Assembly: GCA_963674595.2 (NCBI GenBank)
Contig: CAXXFV010000029.1
Coordinates: forward strand, 96,001-160,000
Direction: 5' to 3'
DNA: 64,000 nucleotides
DNA from: a bacterium
Lineage (GTDB): Bacteria; Zhuqueibacterota; Zhuqueibacteria; Residuimicrobiales; Krinioviventaceae
A model generated the notes under the pieces. It worked only from the letters and a program-made list of their open reading frames with translations. It was not told where the DNA came from and ran no database searches. Both the position numbers and the translations under genes were made by a program. This document shows, piece by piece, positions 38,781-49,510 of the stretch. Position 1 is the first letter of the stretch; each line of letters opens with the position of its first letter.

Positions 38781-39539
38781 CTAGTCCGGCCGACCCGGAG
38801 GAGACGGAAGCGGAGTAGCAGCCGGTGTTTCGCTCGCTTCATCACCGCTTACGGCCTTGTAAATAACAAAAGCGGTTGTCAGCGCCAAACCACTGCCCCA
38901 TGTCCACCATTTTTTTAATAGCTGGTTTTGGCGTTCTTTTAAATGAACAACCAATGTATCGGTCATACCGGGCCTTACTTCCATAAGACCGGTTTGTGAG
39001 AGATAGCCGTCTTTGGTGATGACCACCTCATAGGGACCCTGAAATAAATTGGAAAAGGTTGCCGGCGAATATTTATTTTTAATTTTACTCTTTTTAGGTT
39101 CTATTAATATAACAGCCGATTGCAGGGGTTCGGTTATAACAACCAGGTTACCCAAAAGTTGTTCCCGCGCATTTATAAATATATCATACAGGTCAGGCGG
39201 AAACTTGTTGGGGTCCAGGGTGTTATCGGGTTTTGCTTTAATGGCATTTTTTAAATGCAACTTGATAAGCTCCTGGTCGGCATTTTGACGTTTCAGAGAA
39301 AAAGCCAGATAAAGATGGGCGGCAAATAAATTTTCATCATTCAGGGTATTGGCTATTATTTTTTCCCGGAAAATTTGTATAGCTTGTTCAAAACGGGCCG
39401 AATAAAACAGATTAATGCCGTCCAGTAAGGAAGCGTCTGTTACGTTTTGCGCCCCAATTGGAACATGATTTAACAAAACAAAGGCAAAAAGAACATATAC
39501 AATTGTTTTTATATATTTTGAGGTTTTAAATTTTATCAT
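38781..39539 (-). CDS. Secreted TPR-like + PEGA domain protein with C-terminal hydrophobic segment
   Basis: Signal peptide, helical N-domain, GNLVVITEP..GPYEVVITKDGY (PEGA), WWTWG-hydrophobic-Pro-rich tail. Start overlaps the giant gene's stop. Confidence 0.75.
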   Translation of the reverse strand: MIKFKTSKYIKTIVYVLFAFVLLNHVPIGAQNVTDASLLDGINLFYSARFEQAIQIFREKIIANTLNDENLFAAHLYLAFSLKRQNADQELIKLHLKNAIKAKPDNTLDPNKFPPDLYDIFINAREQLLGNLVVITEPLQSAVILIEPKKSKIKNKYSPATFSNLFQGPYEVVITKDGYLSQTGLMEVRPGMTDTLVVHLKERQNQLLKKWWTWGSGLALTTAFVIYKAVSGDEASETPAATPLPSPPGRPD

Positions 39540-42500
39540 CGCATATAAACCATTTTTCGTGTACAGGTAAACTGGGGCGTTTCAAGTCTTAATATATAAA
39601 TGCCGGTTCCCATTTGCACGCCATAATCGTCTTTGGCGTCCCAGGTGTACTGGTAAAAACCACGGTCCTGGAACCCGGACACCAGCAAACGGACCTGCTG
39701 TGCCAACAGGTTATAAACAGCAACTTTAACATCCGTGTTTTCTTTTAAACGATAACTGATGATGGTGGAACCGTTAAACGGATTCGGATAATTTTGCACA
39801 AGCTCAAATTCATCAACCGTTTGCGGCAGGTCATCCTGCTGTTCCTGGAAAAACTGTTCCGTACCGGCATATATTTTAAAACGCCTCGGCTTGTCATTAT
39901 CAAACAGATTAAAGGAATAGACGGAATCCTGTTTTAAATTGACGGTTAAATTGGCGGCCAAATCATACAAACGAACGTCAAAAGAAGGCGGCAGGGTTTT
40001 CAGAAAATTACTGTACAAATGGGCCTTTTTATTGGTAATGTTGCTGATGACTTCAACGTCCCATACATAACCGTCCTGCACCGGCCTGAAATCGGTGGTA
40101 TAATTCTGTGCATCGGTCTGCCAATCCGAATGCGGGAAATAAAGCGATGCATAATCACCGATAACCGGCGGTTCTATAAAATCATAGGGTGCATCAAAAT
40201 CTTTTGTGGCGGTTTCCGCACAGCCGAAATAGTTGGACGGGTCATCGGCATCACCGATTTTCAGTTCCAGGTTACAATACCAGTCTGCCAGCGGCCAATA
40301 GTCCGGACTTTTTTTCATCAAAGATTGATTTGCTTCAACCGGCGGAATAACCAGGGAAATGTCCTCTTCTTCGGTGTAAAAACTGTAGCCGTTCCAGGGC
40401 TGCATCAAATCCACTTCAACCGGTATCAGCCAGCGTCCTTCATAGGTATAGGGACCGGAAATTTTCTGGGTATCGGCGGAACTGGCCTTGAAAATATCTT
40501 TCCAGGATACGTCAAAATTAAAAGGATTGGCAATATCGTTCCAGCCTTTTTTCAGCAATATAACAAAAGGTTCGGCCGGGTCCATAGATATACCGGGACC
40601 GGTATCCAGGAACCGGTTTTCCAGAGAGGTGATAAACCAATAGGCCTGACCGGGTGTTACCGGATCAATGTCCGGGTATTCGTTGTATACAGCATCTTTA
40701 GTGTTCCACTGGAAAAAACGCCATTTGAGCGGATCATAGGCGCCCATGTCGTCTTCGAGTATGTTTTCCACGGAATTGTTAATAATTTCTATTGGAAAAG
40801 AGATCATGCGAAAGGCGTTTTCAGCCTTGCCGTAAACAAGGCCCTCGGTCCGTTTCAGTCCTTCGGAATTGGCGCCGTCGATTTTAACTGTTGCACTGTA
40901 ATTATCAGGATTGACCGGTTTGCGGCTGTTGTTCAGTCCGTCGGAACAGACAAAGTAATATTCTATACCACGTGAAGTGAGAGAATCCGCAGGGATAAAA
41001 GCGCTAAACACAGCCGGTGCAATGGAATCCATGACAGCAGATGTAAAGGCTGCAGCCCCTCCTTTTTTGAAATAAACTTTGGACGAGACGACCCGGTTTT
41101 GTTCCTGGACCTGTATTTGAACATTAAGGTCCGCATCTTCGGCAACAGCCGCTGTAAATGCGGTGTGCGAAACCTGCGGCGCTGTTGCGTCGAGATGAAT
41201 GGTGACAGAGTCCTGCAAACTGTTGTTACCGGCGCTGTCGGAAATTGTTATGAAAAATTTATAAACACCGTCAGACAGTGAGGCAACCGGAATACGCACG
41301 TCTACGGAATCCATGTCCGAGTCGGTAAGGACCGGCTCTTTATGAATTTCCGGCAGGCTGGCGCTTTCCACAAGAATATCAGCCGGATGTTTGTCATGAT
41401 AAAAGATACGTAAATAAACCTGTTCCATGTTACTTTGGTTATACCAGTCGGTCAGGTAACCGGGGTCCACGGGCCGAATTTCGGAAATAACCGGTTGTGT
41501 GGCATCATATCTCAAGAGTATGCTTGAATAATTTCGATAATCCAGATTACCGCGTCCGTCCTGCAGCCAGATATAAACAGGCTGTCCGTTTTCTTTATCA
41601 GCGGCCAGGGTCATGGTGTTGTAGCCGGTTTCTTCTGTAAACAAAACAGAACCGGTCGTATCGATATTGCTTTCCGGCGGGGTATCATATTTATAAAAGG
41701 CGCGTTTAATGCCGCTTGGGTCGGCCGGTGACTGCCATTCTACAACAAACTGATTATGCGTTTGCCACAGGGTCGGATTTTCACCGTCAACCTGTATGTT
41801 TTCCGGAGAACCGGGCGCCGAGTCATCGACAAACAGGGTGTCCACCCGGGTGGTGGATTCGGCAATGCCTGTAAAAGCTTCCCTATTGCCCACATTGTCC
41901 CAGGCGACGGCTTCAAAATAATAGCTGTGTCCGTGTGCACCGACATAGTTTATGGATGTGCGTGCTTCACGCGGCCCGACCAGCAGGTACCAGGGGCCGT
42001 CATCGATTTTAATGCGCACATCAAACTTGCCGGATAATCCCGAACCGTTTCCGTCAGTCGATTGGCCGCCCCAGGAAATGGCAAACTCTTCAGTGAGCGA
42101 TTTTTCCGGTGAAGAGGCAAAGGTGCTGTCCGGCGGCTGACTGTCGATACACAACTGGGCCGGTTTTACAGCCGAACGTCCGGCGCTGTCGGCCAGGGTG
42201 ATGTTAACCGGGTAACAGGCGTCGGCCAGACCGGTAATGGGCAGATTGACCGAAACCGGACTGCCGGATGAAAAATCCGTGATGGTAATTTTATCGTCCA
42301 AAATTTCAGAACGAATTGTCAATGTATCCGGAAACGCTTCCGAGTATTGCAACAACAACACGGCCTGTGCTACGGAATCCGGGTGTATCCATTTATGATC
42401 AAATTGAGCATTGTTGATAAAAGCCTGTGAAACCACCGGGTCGACGGCATCATAACGCAGGGTCAGTTTTACGGCTGTTTCATGGTCCACATTGCCGTTG

Positions 42501-45500
42501 CCGTCCTTTAGCCAAAAATACACGTCATTATAACCTTCGGTCTGCAGTTTGACGGTCGCAGGCGGCGTGGCCGGGGCCGTTGCCGTGGTGTCAAATGCGT
42601 TTACCGGCGCTGAACCGATTTTATAAAAACATCTGTCAATACCACTGGGATCAGACGGGTTGGTCCAGTTGATTTCAACGTTTGCAGAAGCGCTCCACAA
42701 CCGGTTTGCGGGCAGGGCCGCAAAAATTTCTTCGGGACTGTCAGGTGCAGTAGTATCATAAAAATCCGGGTCTACAAAAGTTTCTGTTTCGGCTGTTCCG
42801 GTAAAAGCTTCCACATGCCCAACATTATCATAGGCAGCCGCCTGAAAAGCGTAACGGTGGTTAAACTCGCCTTCATATTGGGCCTGGGTACCGCGAAAAC
42901 GTGTCTGCCAAAATTCCCATGTTCCGTCATCAATTTTAACCTTAACATCATACACACCGCTTAATCCGGAGCCGTCTCCGTCATCCCCGGAACCGGCCCA
43001 GGAAACCGTAAAAGTCGTGGTGCCGGATGTATCCGGCGACAGGGCCAGTGTTCCAACAGGCGGTGTTGCATCCAGGGCCACGATAGTGGAATCTGTTGTC
43101 GTGTTTAAGGCGCTGTCCGTCACGGTTATATACAAGGTCATGATCGAATCGGCATTGGCCGGCAGATTAAGCGCAAACGAGCGTTTTTCAGAGGCTTCGG
43201 TTTTATTAACCGGCTGCTCTTTAACGGCCAGTAATGATGCCGGAGACAACTCTATGGAAACCGTATTGGTTTCATCAAAATAAACATCCAAACCCGGAGT
43301 TTTTTGAACAGACGGATTTGAATTAAACCACATGCCGTTATAATCCGTGTCCGTTAGTCTGAGACTGTCTATCTTTGGCGAGGTTGAATCCCATTTTACG
43401 TAAATACGGGCATTGTTTGCAAAACCGCTGTTCTGGTTGCCGTCCTCCAGCCAAAAATAAACAGACTGTCCGTTTTCCTTGTTCACTTGAATGGTGGCCG
43501 GCGGGACAGGCGCCAGTGAACCGGTGGTGTCCTGGGCGCTTTGCGGCGCTTCATCCAATTTGTACCAACTTTTTAAAATACCGCTCGGGTCATCCGGATT
43601 TTCCCAATTCAACTCAACCAGGGGACTGTTGAACCAGGCATTCTGTGAACCGCCATTGGTTGTTATATTAAAAGGCGCGTCCGGCGGCGTGAGGTCATCG
43701 CCCATTAATGTATCCACAACCGTGGTCGTTTCGGCTGTGCCGGTTAAGGCTTCAGCGTTTCCGAGAAAATCAAAGGCAACCGCTTCAAAGGCATAGGTTT
43801 TGCCGTGCTCGCCGTTATATGCCGCAAAATTTTCTGTTGTAGAATCCTGCCAAACCTGCCAGCCGGCGTGATCTATATTGACATAAACGCTGAACCGTCC
43901 CGATAATCCAACGCCATTATCCTGGCTGCCGCTCCAGCTTACCTGAAAAGTCGTGGTGGCTGAAGAATCCTGTGACCGGGCCGTTGTTCCAAAAGGCGGT
44001 GTTTGATCTATTTTTAAAGTATCGATTGTTTCATTTCTGTTTCCGGCGCTGTCGGTCAGGGTGATATAAAACGGATAGGAACCGTCCGGTTTGTCTTTAA
44101 AACCAAGCTGAACAGATTTTTGCTGTTCCAGTCCCACAGGTAAATCGGGACCCGTGTAAACAGATGTCTTTCCGTTCCAGTTTAAAATCAAACTGTCGGC
44201 AAAAGCCTCGCTGTACTGCAATTGATATTCCGCCGAGGTATCCCTGCTGGTGCTGAACCAGTCGGCGGCATAATGGGGATTTGTAAACTGTGCAGCCAGA
44301 AAATCCGGCAGGGTTGAGTCCACTTTTAACAGCACTTTGCTGTTTTTTTGATAATCAACATTGCCCTTGGCATCTATAAACCAGACATAAACGTATTGCC
44401 CGCCCTGCTGGGTGGCGCTGATGTCAACCGGTCCGTTGGCCGGGGCCGTTGCCGTGGTGTCAAAATTGGAAGCCGGGGCCGAACCGATTTTATACAGCGC
44501 TTTGGCCACACCGCTCACGTCTACCGGTTCGTTCCAGGTTAGATGAAACGCATTTGTTTTTTTCCAGACAGAAGGACTGGAACCGTCGGCTGCCAGGTTA
44601 ACAGGCGCAGCCGGGGCGTCCACATCACCGGCGGAAATATCAACGCTAACCGTTGTTTCAGCGGCATTATTGCGCACTTCCTGATTATCGAGATTGTCCC
44701 AGGAAATCGCTTCAAAAGCATAGGTATGCCCATCCTGTCCTGCATAAACCGACGAACGCGCGGTTACATTATCAAGCCACACCTGCCAGGCAGCGCCGTT
44801 GTCCTGAACGTAAACACGATACTTGCCGGACATCCCGGAACCCGCATCGGTTCCCGCAGACCAGCTAACGGTAAAATTGGTATTGGCGCTTATGGCCGGA
44901 CCCGAAGCCACAATTCCGCTGGGCGGGGTATGGTCCAATCCGAATGTAATATTTGATGTTGTTTTTTGAGAGGCGACATCTTTCAAGGACACAGCCACAT
45001 TATACAATCCGTCGGGTTTATCGTCTAATGCAAAAACATATTGTTTTTGAACGTCCGTACCCGGTGTGGGTGATGCATCCACAAACAACATGTCAGCATT
45101 GTTATAAACAGCATAAAGACTTTCCGGCTGGGTTTCCGTATATTTCACGTCAACAGACCATTCGGTCAACAGGTCCTGGTTTGCCCAGGCCCGGCCGGTA
45201 CTGTCTGTAAAAAATGGTGTGGGATTAACAAAAGCAAGACTTGCAATAACAGGCGGTACATTATCCCGTCTTAACAGCACACTGTCGGCGGTTTGAAAAT
45301 CAACATTACCGTTATTATCAACCAGCCATAAAAACAACCAAAACTGTCCTTCATTGGCAGCCTGCACCGGAAACGGTCCGACTGCCGGTCCTGTGCCGGT
45401 GGTATCGTAATTGGCCGCAGGACGGGAACCCAGTTTCCACAAAGATTTGTTTATACCGCTTTCATCAACCGGATTTTGCCACTGAATTTGAAAGGTCTGT

Positions 45501-48500
45501 GCACTATTCCAGGGACTGGGACTGCTTCCATTGGCTGTTAACGATTGCGGACCGGTCGGCGGGGTAACATCATCCGCTGTGGTATCCACCCATACCGAGG
45601 TTTCCGGTACCAGATCAAAAACCTCCTCATTTCCGACCCTGTCTCTGGCAATGGCGGCAAACTCGTAAAGATGCCGCTGTTCACCCTGAAAATCGGCCTG
45701 CAATGCAGCGGTTTCCGTCAACCACGGCTGCCAGTTACCGGCATCCTGACGGACATAAACATCATAATTATTTACACCGCTTCCGGACGCATCATCACCG
45801 GCAGACCATTGCACAGGAACAAGGGTGGTTTCGCTGGTGTCTTTGGTTGAAGCGGTACACCCGGTCGGCGCTTTACTGTCCAGACCCAGTTGAAAGTCAT
45901 TCTGGCTTTTATTTTGGGCGCTGTCATAGACGGCAATGTTTACATCATAAACACCGTCCGCATATTTAAATGTCGATGTTTTATAAACCTCGATACCGCA
46001 GATTTTGGGATTTTCAGTAACAGGCTCAAAACCAATATCAAGAATTTTATCGGTAACGGATACATAAAAGGTATCGGTCAGGGCCGTATCATGACCGACC
46101 AGAGAATAAATATCAAAGTTTTGTAAAACCGTTTGGCCTTCAATGCTGACGTTAAAAACACGTGCATTCGGATTTTCCAGGTAGGTTTCGGCAAAATGTA
46201 AAATCACCTGATAACGACCGTTTTCCTCAACGGTAAACTTGTATCCGCCCATGGAATAACGTTCGGTTTTATAAGGCGTTTGATCAAAGGCGTCCGCTAT
46301 CGGGTCATGGGTCCCGGAGGTCCGTCCGTTGATATATCCCCATCCGCCGGCATGATAGACCTGGTCCGCATTCCAGAACCGGTGCCAAACATCGGTAAAA
46401 GCAGAGCCGCCGCAATTGACCCGTTTTTCATAGGTATCACCATCACTGCAAGCATCCAGATTAAAAATCGTTTCCTTGTCGTTTCCGGCTGCAATATTAT
46501 TTTGAAGGTTCACACCCAGATTTTCAGAAACAAAGGTGGCATATTGTGCATTGACATCCGAATATTGAACATAGGTATTTAACAAACACCCGTCAAGCGG
46601 ACTGAACCATATCTGGCGCACACCGTCGTCCACAATATAGGGGGACTGGGGCGTTATATAGTAACCTGTAATTTGCGGGGCTGTAAAATCATTTCTTAAT
46701 AAAACACTGGCTCTTTTATTAAAATCGATATTTTCCTTATCATCTTTTAACCACACATACAGCCAGGTTAAACCGTCCTGGCTTATGGTTGTGGATAACG
46801 GTCCGGCCGCCGGTCCACTGCCGCCGATTCCGGTCGTATCATAATTTGAAGTCGGGGCGTCCCCGGCTTTCCAGAAATACTGCGTGATGGTATTGCCGTG
46901 CTGGGGCAGGTCCCATTCGATTAAAAACTGTCCGTCATTGCTCCAGGGACTGGGGTTCGAACCATTGGCGGTCAGGTTTTTCGGTGCCGGTGGTGCGGTA
47001 AATTCATAGGGGTCCAATACAACATTTACGGAATCCTGCGCTTTACCGTTAAAATCTTGCAGCAACCCCACATTGTCCCAGGCAGCCGCAGCAAAAGAGT
47101 ATTTGTGGTTTTCAGATACATCATAAACAGTATCAGACACGGCCTGTCTTACCAGCCATAAATTCCAGGCGCCGTCATCAACCCGCACCCAGACATTGTA
47201 ATTGCCGGACACACCGCTTCCGGCACCGTCCGTGCCGCCGGAAACTCTCAGGGGGATGCTGCGCGTGTTTATAACATCGTTGTCGATGGTTACGGTCGCA
47301 CCGGTCGGCGGTGTAAAATCCAGACCGATTCGCACGGAATCTCTGGACTGATTTTGCGCCGAATCTGTTACGACTGTTTTTAACCAATACTCTCCATCCG
47401 AAACCGACGACAAATCAGAACTAAAATTTGCGGACTGGTTAAATCCGCTTTCAATATTTGTATCAACAATCGGGGTTAATCCCATATTTACCAGATCAAG
47501 TTCAGCCTGTTTGGCATAAAGTTCGGTATACTGGACCAACAGTGAAAAAGTGGCTGCCTGAATTTGCGAAGACCAAAAATTATCATACAAACCACCGGGA
47601 AGCTGCAAAGATAAAATTTCCGGTGCAGATACGTCAATGGTAAACATTTGGCTGACCGATAAGGGACTAAAGCGGTAGCCGTCCCAGGCCCTTACCTGCC
47701 AGGCGTATTTTCCCTCACCCAAAGAGGGCAAAGTAAATATGACCGTTTCCGAACCCAGCGCCGGTGTAATGGTAAACAGTTCCGGCTGCAACCGGGTGTC
47801 ATAGACCAGGTCCGGCTGAGTCGGGTCAGCTATATTTGTCAGTTGCACCTGGTAATCCAGAGAAACATTGGTCTGCTCGGTCCATTGCAGGACCGGTTCG
47901 GTCGTGTTTAAAAAGCTGTTATCGGCCGGTGAAACAGCAACGGGTTGTGCCGGTGCCGCATTTTGATTAACCTGATTGAGAAACAGGGTCGCCTGACCGG
48001 AAGAATCGACAATACAAAAATCCAGCGCCTGATCATTATTCAAATCCGCACTGGTAAACGCTACAGGATGGTCCGGTATGTTTAGATGTAATGTATCGGC
48101 AAACGTGCCGGCGCCGTTATTTTTGTGCAGCAAAAGTATACCTTGTCGAAAACCCAGTGCCGCCACATCCAAATCATTGTCAGCGTCAAAATCGCCGTAC
48201 TGCATCCAGATAGGTGAGGTATTGGACAAAAAAGAAGAGGAATTATATTCGGGCTTGTCGTCTTTAAGATCGGAAAAAGTGTATACGAAAATTTTACTGG
48301 AAGTCCGGTCAGAGGCAAGCAAATCCGTCCTGTTATCACCGGAAACATCCGCATGAATCAGGTGTTCCAAATCCACCAGCGGTTCTTTCAGGGAAACGTC
48401 CGGCTGTTTATCGCTGAATGTACTGTCCTGATTTAAATAAAGCGACAGACCGCTTCCCGCTTTGGAAAAGGATATGCCGCAGTCCATACGAAAATCATTA

Positions 48501-49468
48501 TTAAAATCACCGCTAAAACCGTATTCCGGATGTAAATAATCGGAAAAATCTTCAGCTACAGTAAATGTGCCGTCGCCGTTATTGTAATAGAGAAAAGCGG
48601 TTTGACCCAGTTGAGAGCGTTTAACAACAACAATATCCAGAAAACCATCAGCATTATAATCCGAAACAGCGGCGCCTCGGGAATCCCCCGCATCGGTAAC
48701 CGGGTTACCGACATCATAGGTTTCGCCCAAAACCAGTTGTTCGCCGGGTTTGACAAAACAGATCCGAAACCTGGCAGGAATTTCGTTTATCACCTTGCTG
48801 CGGTCCAGCAGCAGCAGGTCCGGAGTGCCGTCGTTATCAAAATCTCCGGTATACAGCGGTTTTACCGGTGACGGGATCTGGATACCGGCCCCGGCCTGAG
48901 CAATGCCGTTATTGTAAAAATAGAGCTGTAAAAAATATCTTTTATCATTTTCATAAACAACGGCCCAGTCTGTCTGATCATCGCCGTTAAAATCTGCGGA
49001 ACAGATGGAATAGGGCAGGCCGTCTATATTGAAGGAAATTTTGGTATAGTCAGACAAACCGAATTCCGCTTTTGTATCGAATTCCCACACATGCCCATGA
49101 TCAAGCGGAAGGTCATGAACGGATTTGACGGCCGTGGTAACAATAACGGTTATCCGGTCACCGGCAAGCAGGGAAACATTCGGCTGAAAAGTAACGGTCA
49201 TGGAATCAGCAGAAAGACCCAACTGTCCGGCGATTTTACCTTTTTTCGCGCCGAATACAAGGAAAGAAGCATCCGTAACAGTGGCCGGTAACAAGGCCTG
49301 GTTGAAGTGAACGGACATGGTCCCGTTGACATCAAAAAAGGGTGCGTTCGCTTCCGGAACAGTTTGAAGGATCTGCAGGTTTTGGGCACCAGCCAAAGAC
49401 ACCATGCAGATGGACAGTAATACGGAACAGATCGTTTTTTTTAAATGAGCAAGACCCACGTTGTACAC
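39536..49468 (-). CDS. 3310-aa surface protein: Ig-like, FG-GAP repeats, 6 tri-domain Ig/Fn3-like repeats, malectin-like domain, FlgD-Ig/T9SS-type C-terminus
   Basis: DFNGDDQTD/DFDNDGTPD FG-GAP motifs; six DTT(G/A) modules; RVNCGG..LHFAE..RVFNVSIEG..PKICGIEV (malectin); QNYPNPFN. Confidence 0.88.
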   Translation of the reverse strand: MYNVGLAHLKKTICSVLLSICMVSLAGAQNLQILQTVPEANAPFFDVNGTMSVHFNQALLPATVTDASFLVFGAKKGKIAGQLGLSADSMTVTFQPNVSLLAGDRITVIVTTAVKSVHDLPLDHGHVWEFDTKAEFGLSDYTKISFNIDGLPYSICSADFNGDDQTDWAVVYENDKRYFLQLYFYNNGIAQAGAGIQIPSPVKPLYTGDFDNDGTPDLLLLDRSKVINEIPARFRICFVKPGEQLVLGETYDVGNPVTDAGDSRGAAVSDYNADGFLDIVVVKRSQLGQTAFLYYNNGDGTFTVAEDFSDYLHPEYGFSGDFNNDFRMDCGISFSKAGSGLSLYLNQDSTFSDKQPDVSLKEPLVDLEHLIHADVSGDNRTDLLASDRTSSKIFVYTFSDLKDDKPEYNSSSFLSNTSPIWMQYGDFDADNDLDVAALGFRQGILLLHKNNGAGTFADTLHLNIPDHPVAFTSADLNNDQALDFCIVDSSGQATLFLNQVNQNAAPAQPVAVSPADNSFLNTTEPVLQWTEQTNVSLDYQVQLTNIADPTQPDLVYDTRLQPELFTITPALGSETVIFTLPSLGEGKYAWQVRAWDGYRFSPLSVSQMFTIDVSAPEILSLQLPGGLYDNFWSSQIQAATFSLLVQYTELYAKQAELDLVNMGLTPIVDTNIESGFNQSANFSSDLSSVSDGEYWLKTVVTDSAQNQSRDSVRIGLDFTPPTGATVTIDNDVINTRSIPLRVSGGTDGAGSGVSGNYNVWVRVDDGAWNLWLVRQAVSDTVYDVSENHKYSFAAAAWDNVGLLQDFNGKAQDSVNVVLDPYEFTAPPAPKNLTANGSNPSPWSNDGQFLIEWDLPQHGNTITQYFWKAGDAPTSNYDTTGIGGSGPAAGPLSTTISQDGLTWLYVWLKDDKENIDFNKRASVLLRNDFTAPQITGYYITPQSPYIVDDGVRQIWFSPLDGCLLNTYVQYSDVNAQYATFVSENLGVNLQNNIAAGNDKETIFNLDACSDGDTYEKRVNCGGSAFTDVWHRFWNADQVYHAGGWGYINGRTSGTHDPIADAFDQTPYKTERYSMGGYKFTVEENGRYQVILHFAETYLENPNARVFNVSIEGQTVLQNFDIYSLVGHDTALTDTFYVSVTDKILDIGFEPVTENPKICGIEVYKTSTFKYADGVYDVNIAVYDSAQNKSQNDFQLGLDSKAPTGCTASTKDTSETTLVPVQWSAGDDASGSGVNNYDVYVRQDAGNWQPWLTETAALQADFQGEQRHLYEFAAIARDRVGNEEVFDLVPETSVWVDTTADDVTPPTGPQSLTANGSSPSPWNSAQTFQIQWQNPVDESGINKSLWKLGSRPAANYDTTGTGPAVGPFPVQAANEGQFWLFLWLVDNNGNVDFQTADSVLLRRDNVPPVIASLAFVNPTPFFTDSTGRAWANQDLLTEWSVDVKYTETQPESLYAVYNNADMLFVDASPTPGTDVQKQYVFALDDKPDGLYNVAVSLKDVASQKTTSNITFGLDHTPPSGIVASGPAISANTNFTVSWSAGTDAGSGMSGKYRVYVQDNGAAWQVWLDNVTARSSVYAGQDGHTYAFEAISWDNLDNQEVRNNAAETTVSVDISAGDVDAPAAPVNLAADGSSPSVWKKTNAFHLTWNEPVDVSGVAKALYKIGSAPASNFDTTATAPANGPVDISATQQGGQYVYVWFIDAKGNVDYQKNSKVLLKVDSTLPDFLAAQFTNPHYAADWFSTSRDTSAEYQLQYSEAFADSLILNWNGKTSVYTGPDLPVGLEQQKSVQLGFKDKPDGSYPFYITLTDSAGNRNETIDTLKIDQTPPFGTTARSQDSSATTTFQVSWSGSQDNGVGLSGRFSVYVNIDHAGWQVWQDSTTENFAAYNGEHGKTYAFEAVAFDFLGNAEALTGTAETTTVVDTLMGDDLTPPDAPFNITTNGGSQNAWFNSPLVELNWENPDDPSGILKSWYKLDEAPQSAQDTTGSLAPVPPATIQVNKENGQSVYFWLEDGNQNSGFANNARIYVKWDSTSPKIDSLRLTDTDYNGMWFNSNPSVQKTPGLDVYFDETNTVSIELSPASLLAVKEQPVNKTEASEKRSFALNLPANADSIMTLYITVTDSALNTTTDSTIVALDATPPVGTLALSPDTSGTTTFTVSWAGSGDDGDGSGLSGVYDVKVKIDDGTWEFWQTRFRGTQAQYEGEFNHRYAFQAAAYDNVGHVEAFTGTAETETFVDPDFYDTTAPDSPEEIFAALPANRLWSASANVEINWTNPSDPSGIDRCFYKIGSAPVNAFDTTATAPATPPATVKLQTEGYNDVYFWLKDGNGNVDHETAVKLTLRYDAVDPVVSQAFINNAQFDHKWIHPDSVAQAVLLLQYSEAFPDTLTIRSEILDDKITITDFSSGSPVSVNLPITGLADACYPVNITLADSAGRSAVKPAQLCIDSQPPDSTFASSPEKSLTEEFAISWGGQSTDGNGSGLSGKFDVRIKIDDGPWYLLVGPREARTSINYVGAHGHSYYFEAVAWDNVGNREAFTGIAESTTRVDTLFVDDSAPGSPENIQVDGENPTLWQTHNQFVVEWQSPADPSGIKRAFYKYDTPPESNIDTTGSVLFTEETGYNTMTLAADKENGQPVYIWLQDGRGNLDYRNYSSILLRYDATQPVISEIRPVDPGYLTDWYNQSNMEQVYLRIFYHDKHPADILVESASLPEIHKEPVLTDSDMDSVDVRIPVASLSDGVYKFFITISDSAGNNSLQDSVTIHLDATAPQVSHTAFTAAVAEDADLNVQIQVQEQNRVVSSKVYFKKGGAAAFTSAVMDSIAPAVFSAFIPADSLTSRGIEYYFVCSDGLNNSRKPVNPDNYSATVKIDGANSEGLKRTEGLVYGKAENAFRMISFPIEIINNSVENILEDDMGAYDPLKWRFFQWNTKDAVYNEYPDIDPVTPGQAYWFITSLENRFLDTGPGISMDPAEPFVILLKKGWNDIANPFNFDVSWKDIFKASSADTQKISGPYTYEGRWLIPVEVDLMQPWNGYSFYTEEEDISLVIPPVEANQSLMKKSPDYWPLADWYCNLELKIGDADDPSNYFGCAETATKDFDAPYDFIEPPVIGDYASLYFPHSDWQTDAQNYTTDFRPVQDGYVWDVEVISNITNKKAHLYSNFLKTLPPSFDVRLYDLAANLTVNLKQDSVYSFNLFDNDKPRRFKIYAGTEQFFQEQQDDLPQTVDEFELVQNYPNPFNGSTIISYRLKENTDVKVAVYNLLAQQVRLLVSGFQDRGFYQYTWDAKDDYGVQMGTGIYILRLETPQFTCTRKMVYMR

Positions 49469-49510
49469 CTGTTAGCTATAATAAAATATTTTCTTAAACA
49501 TCATACTAAT

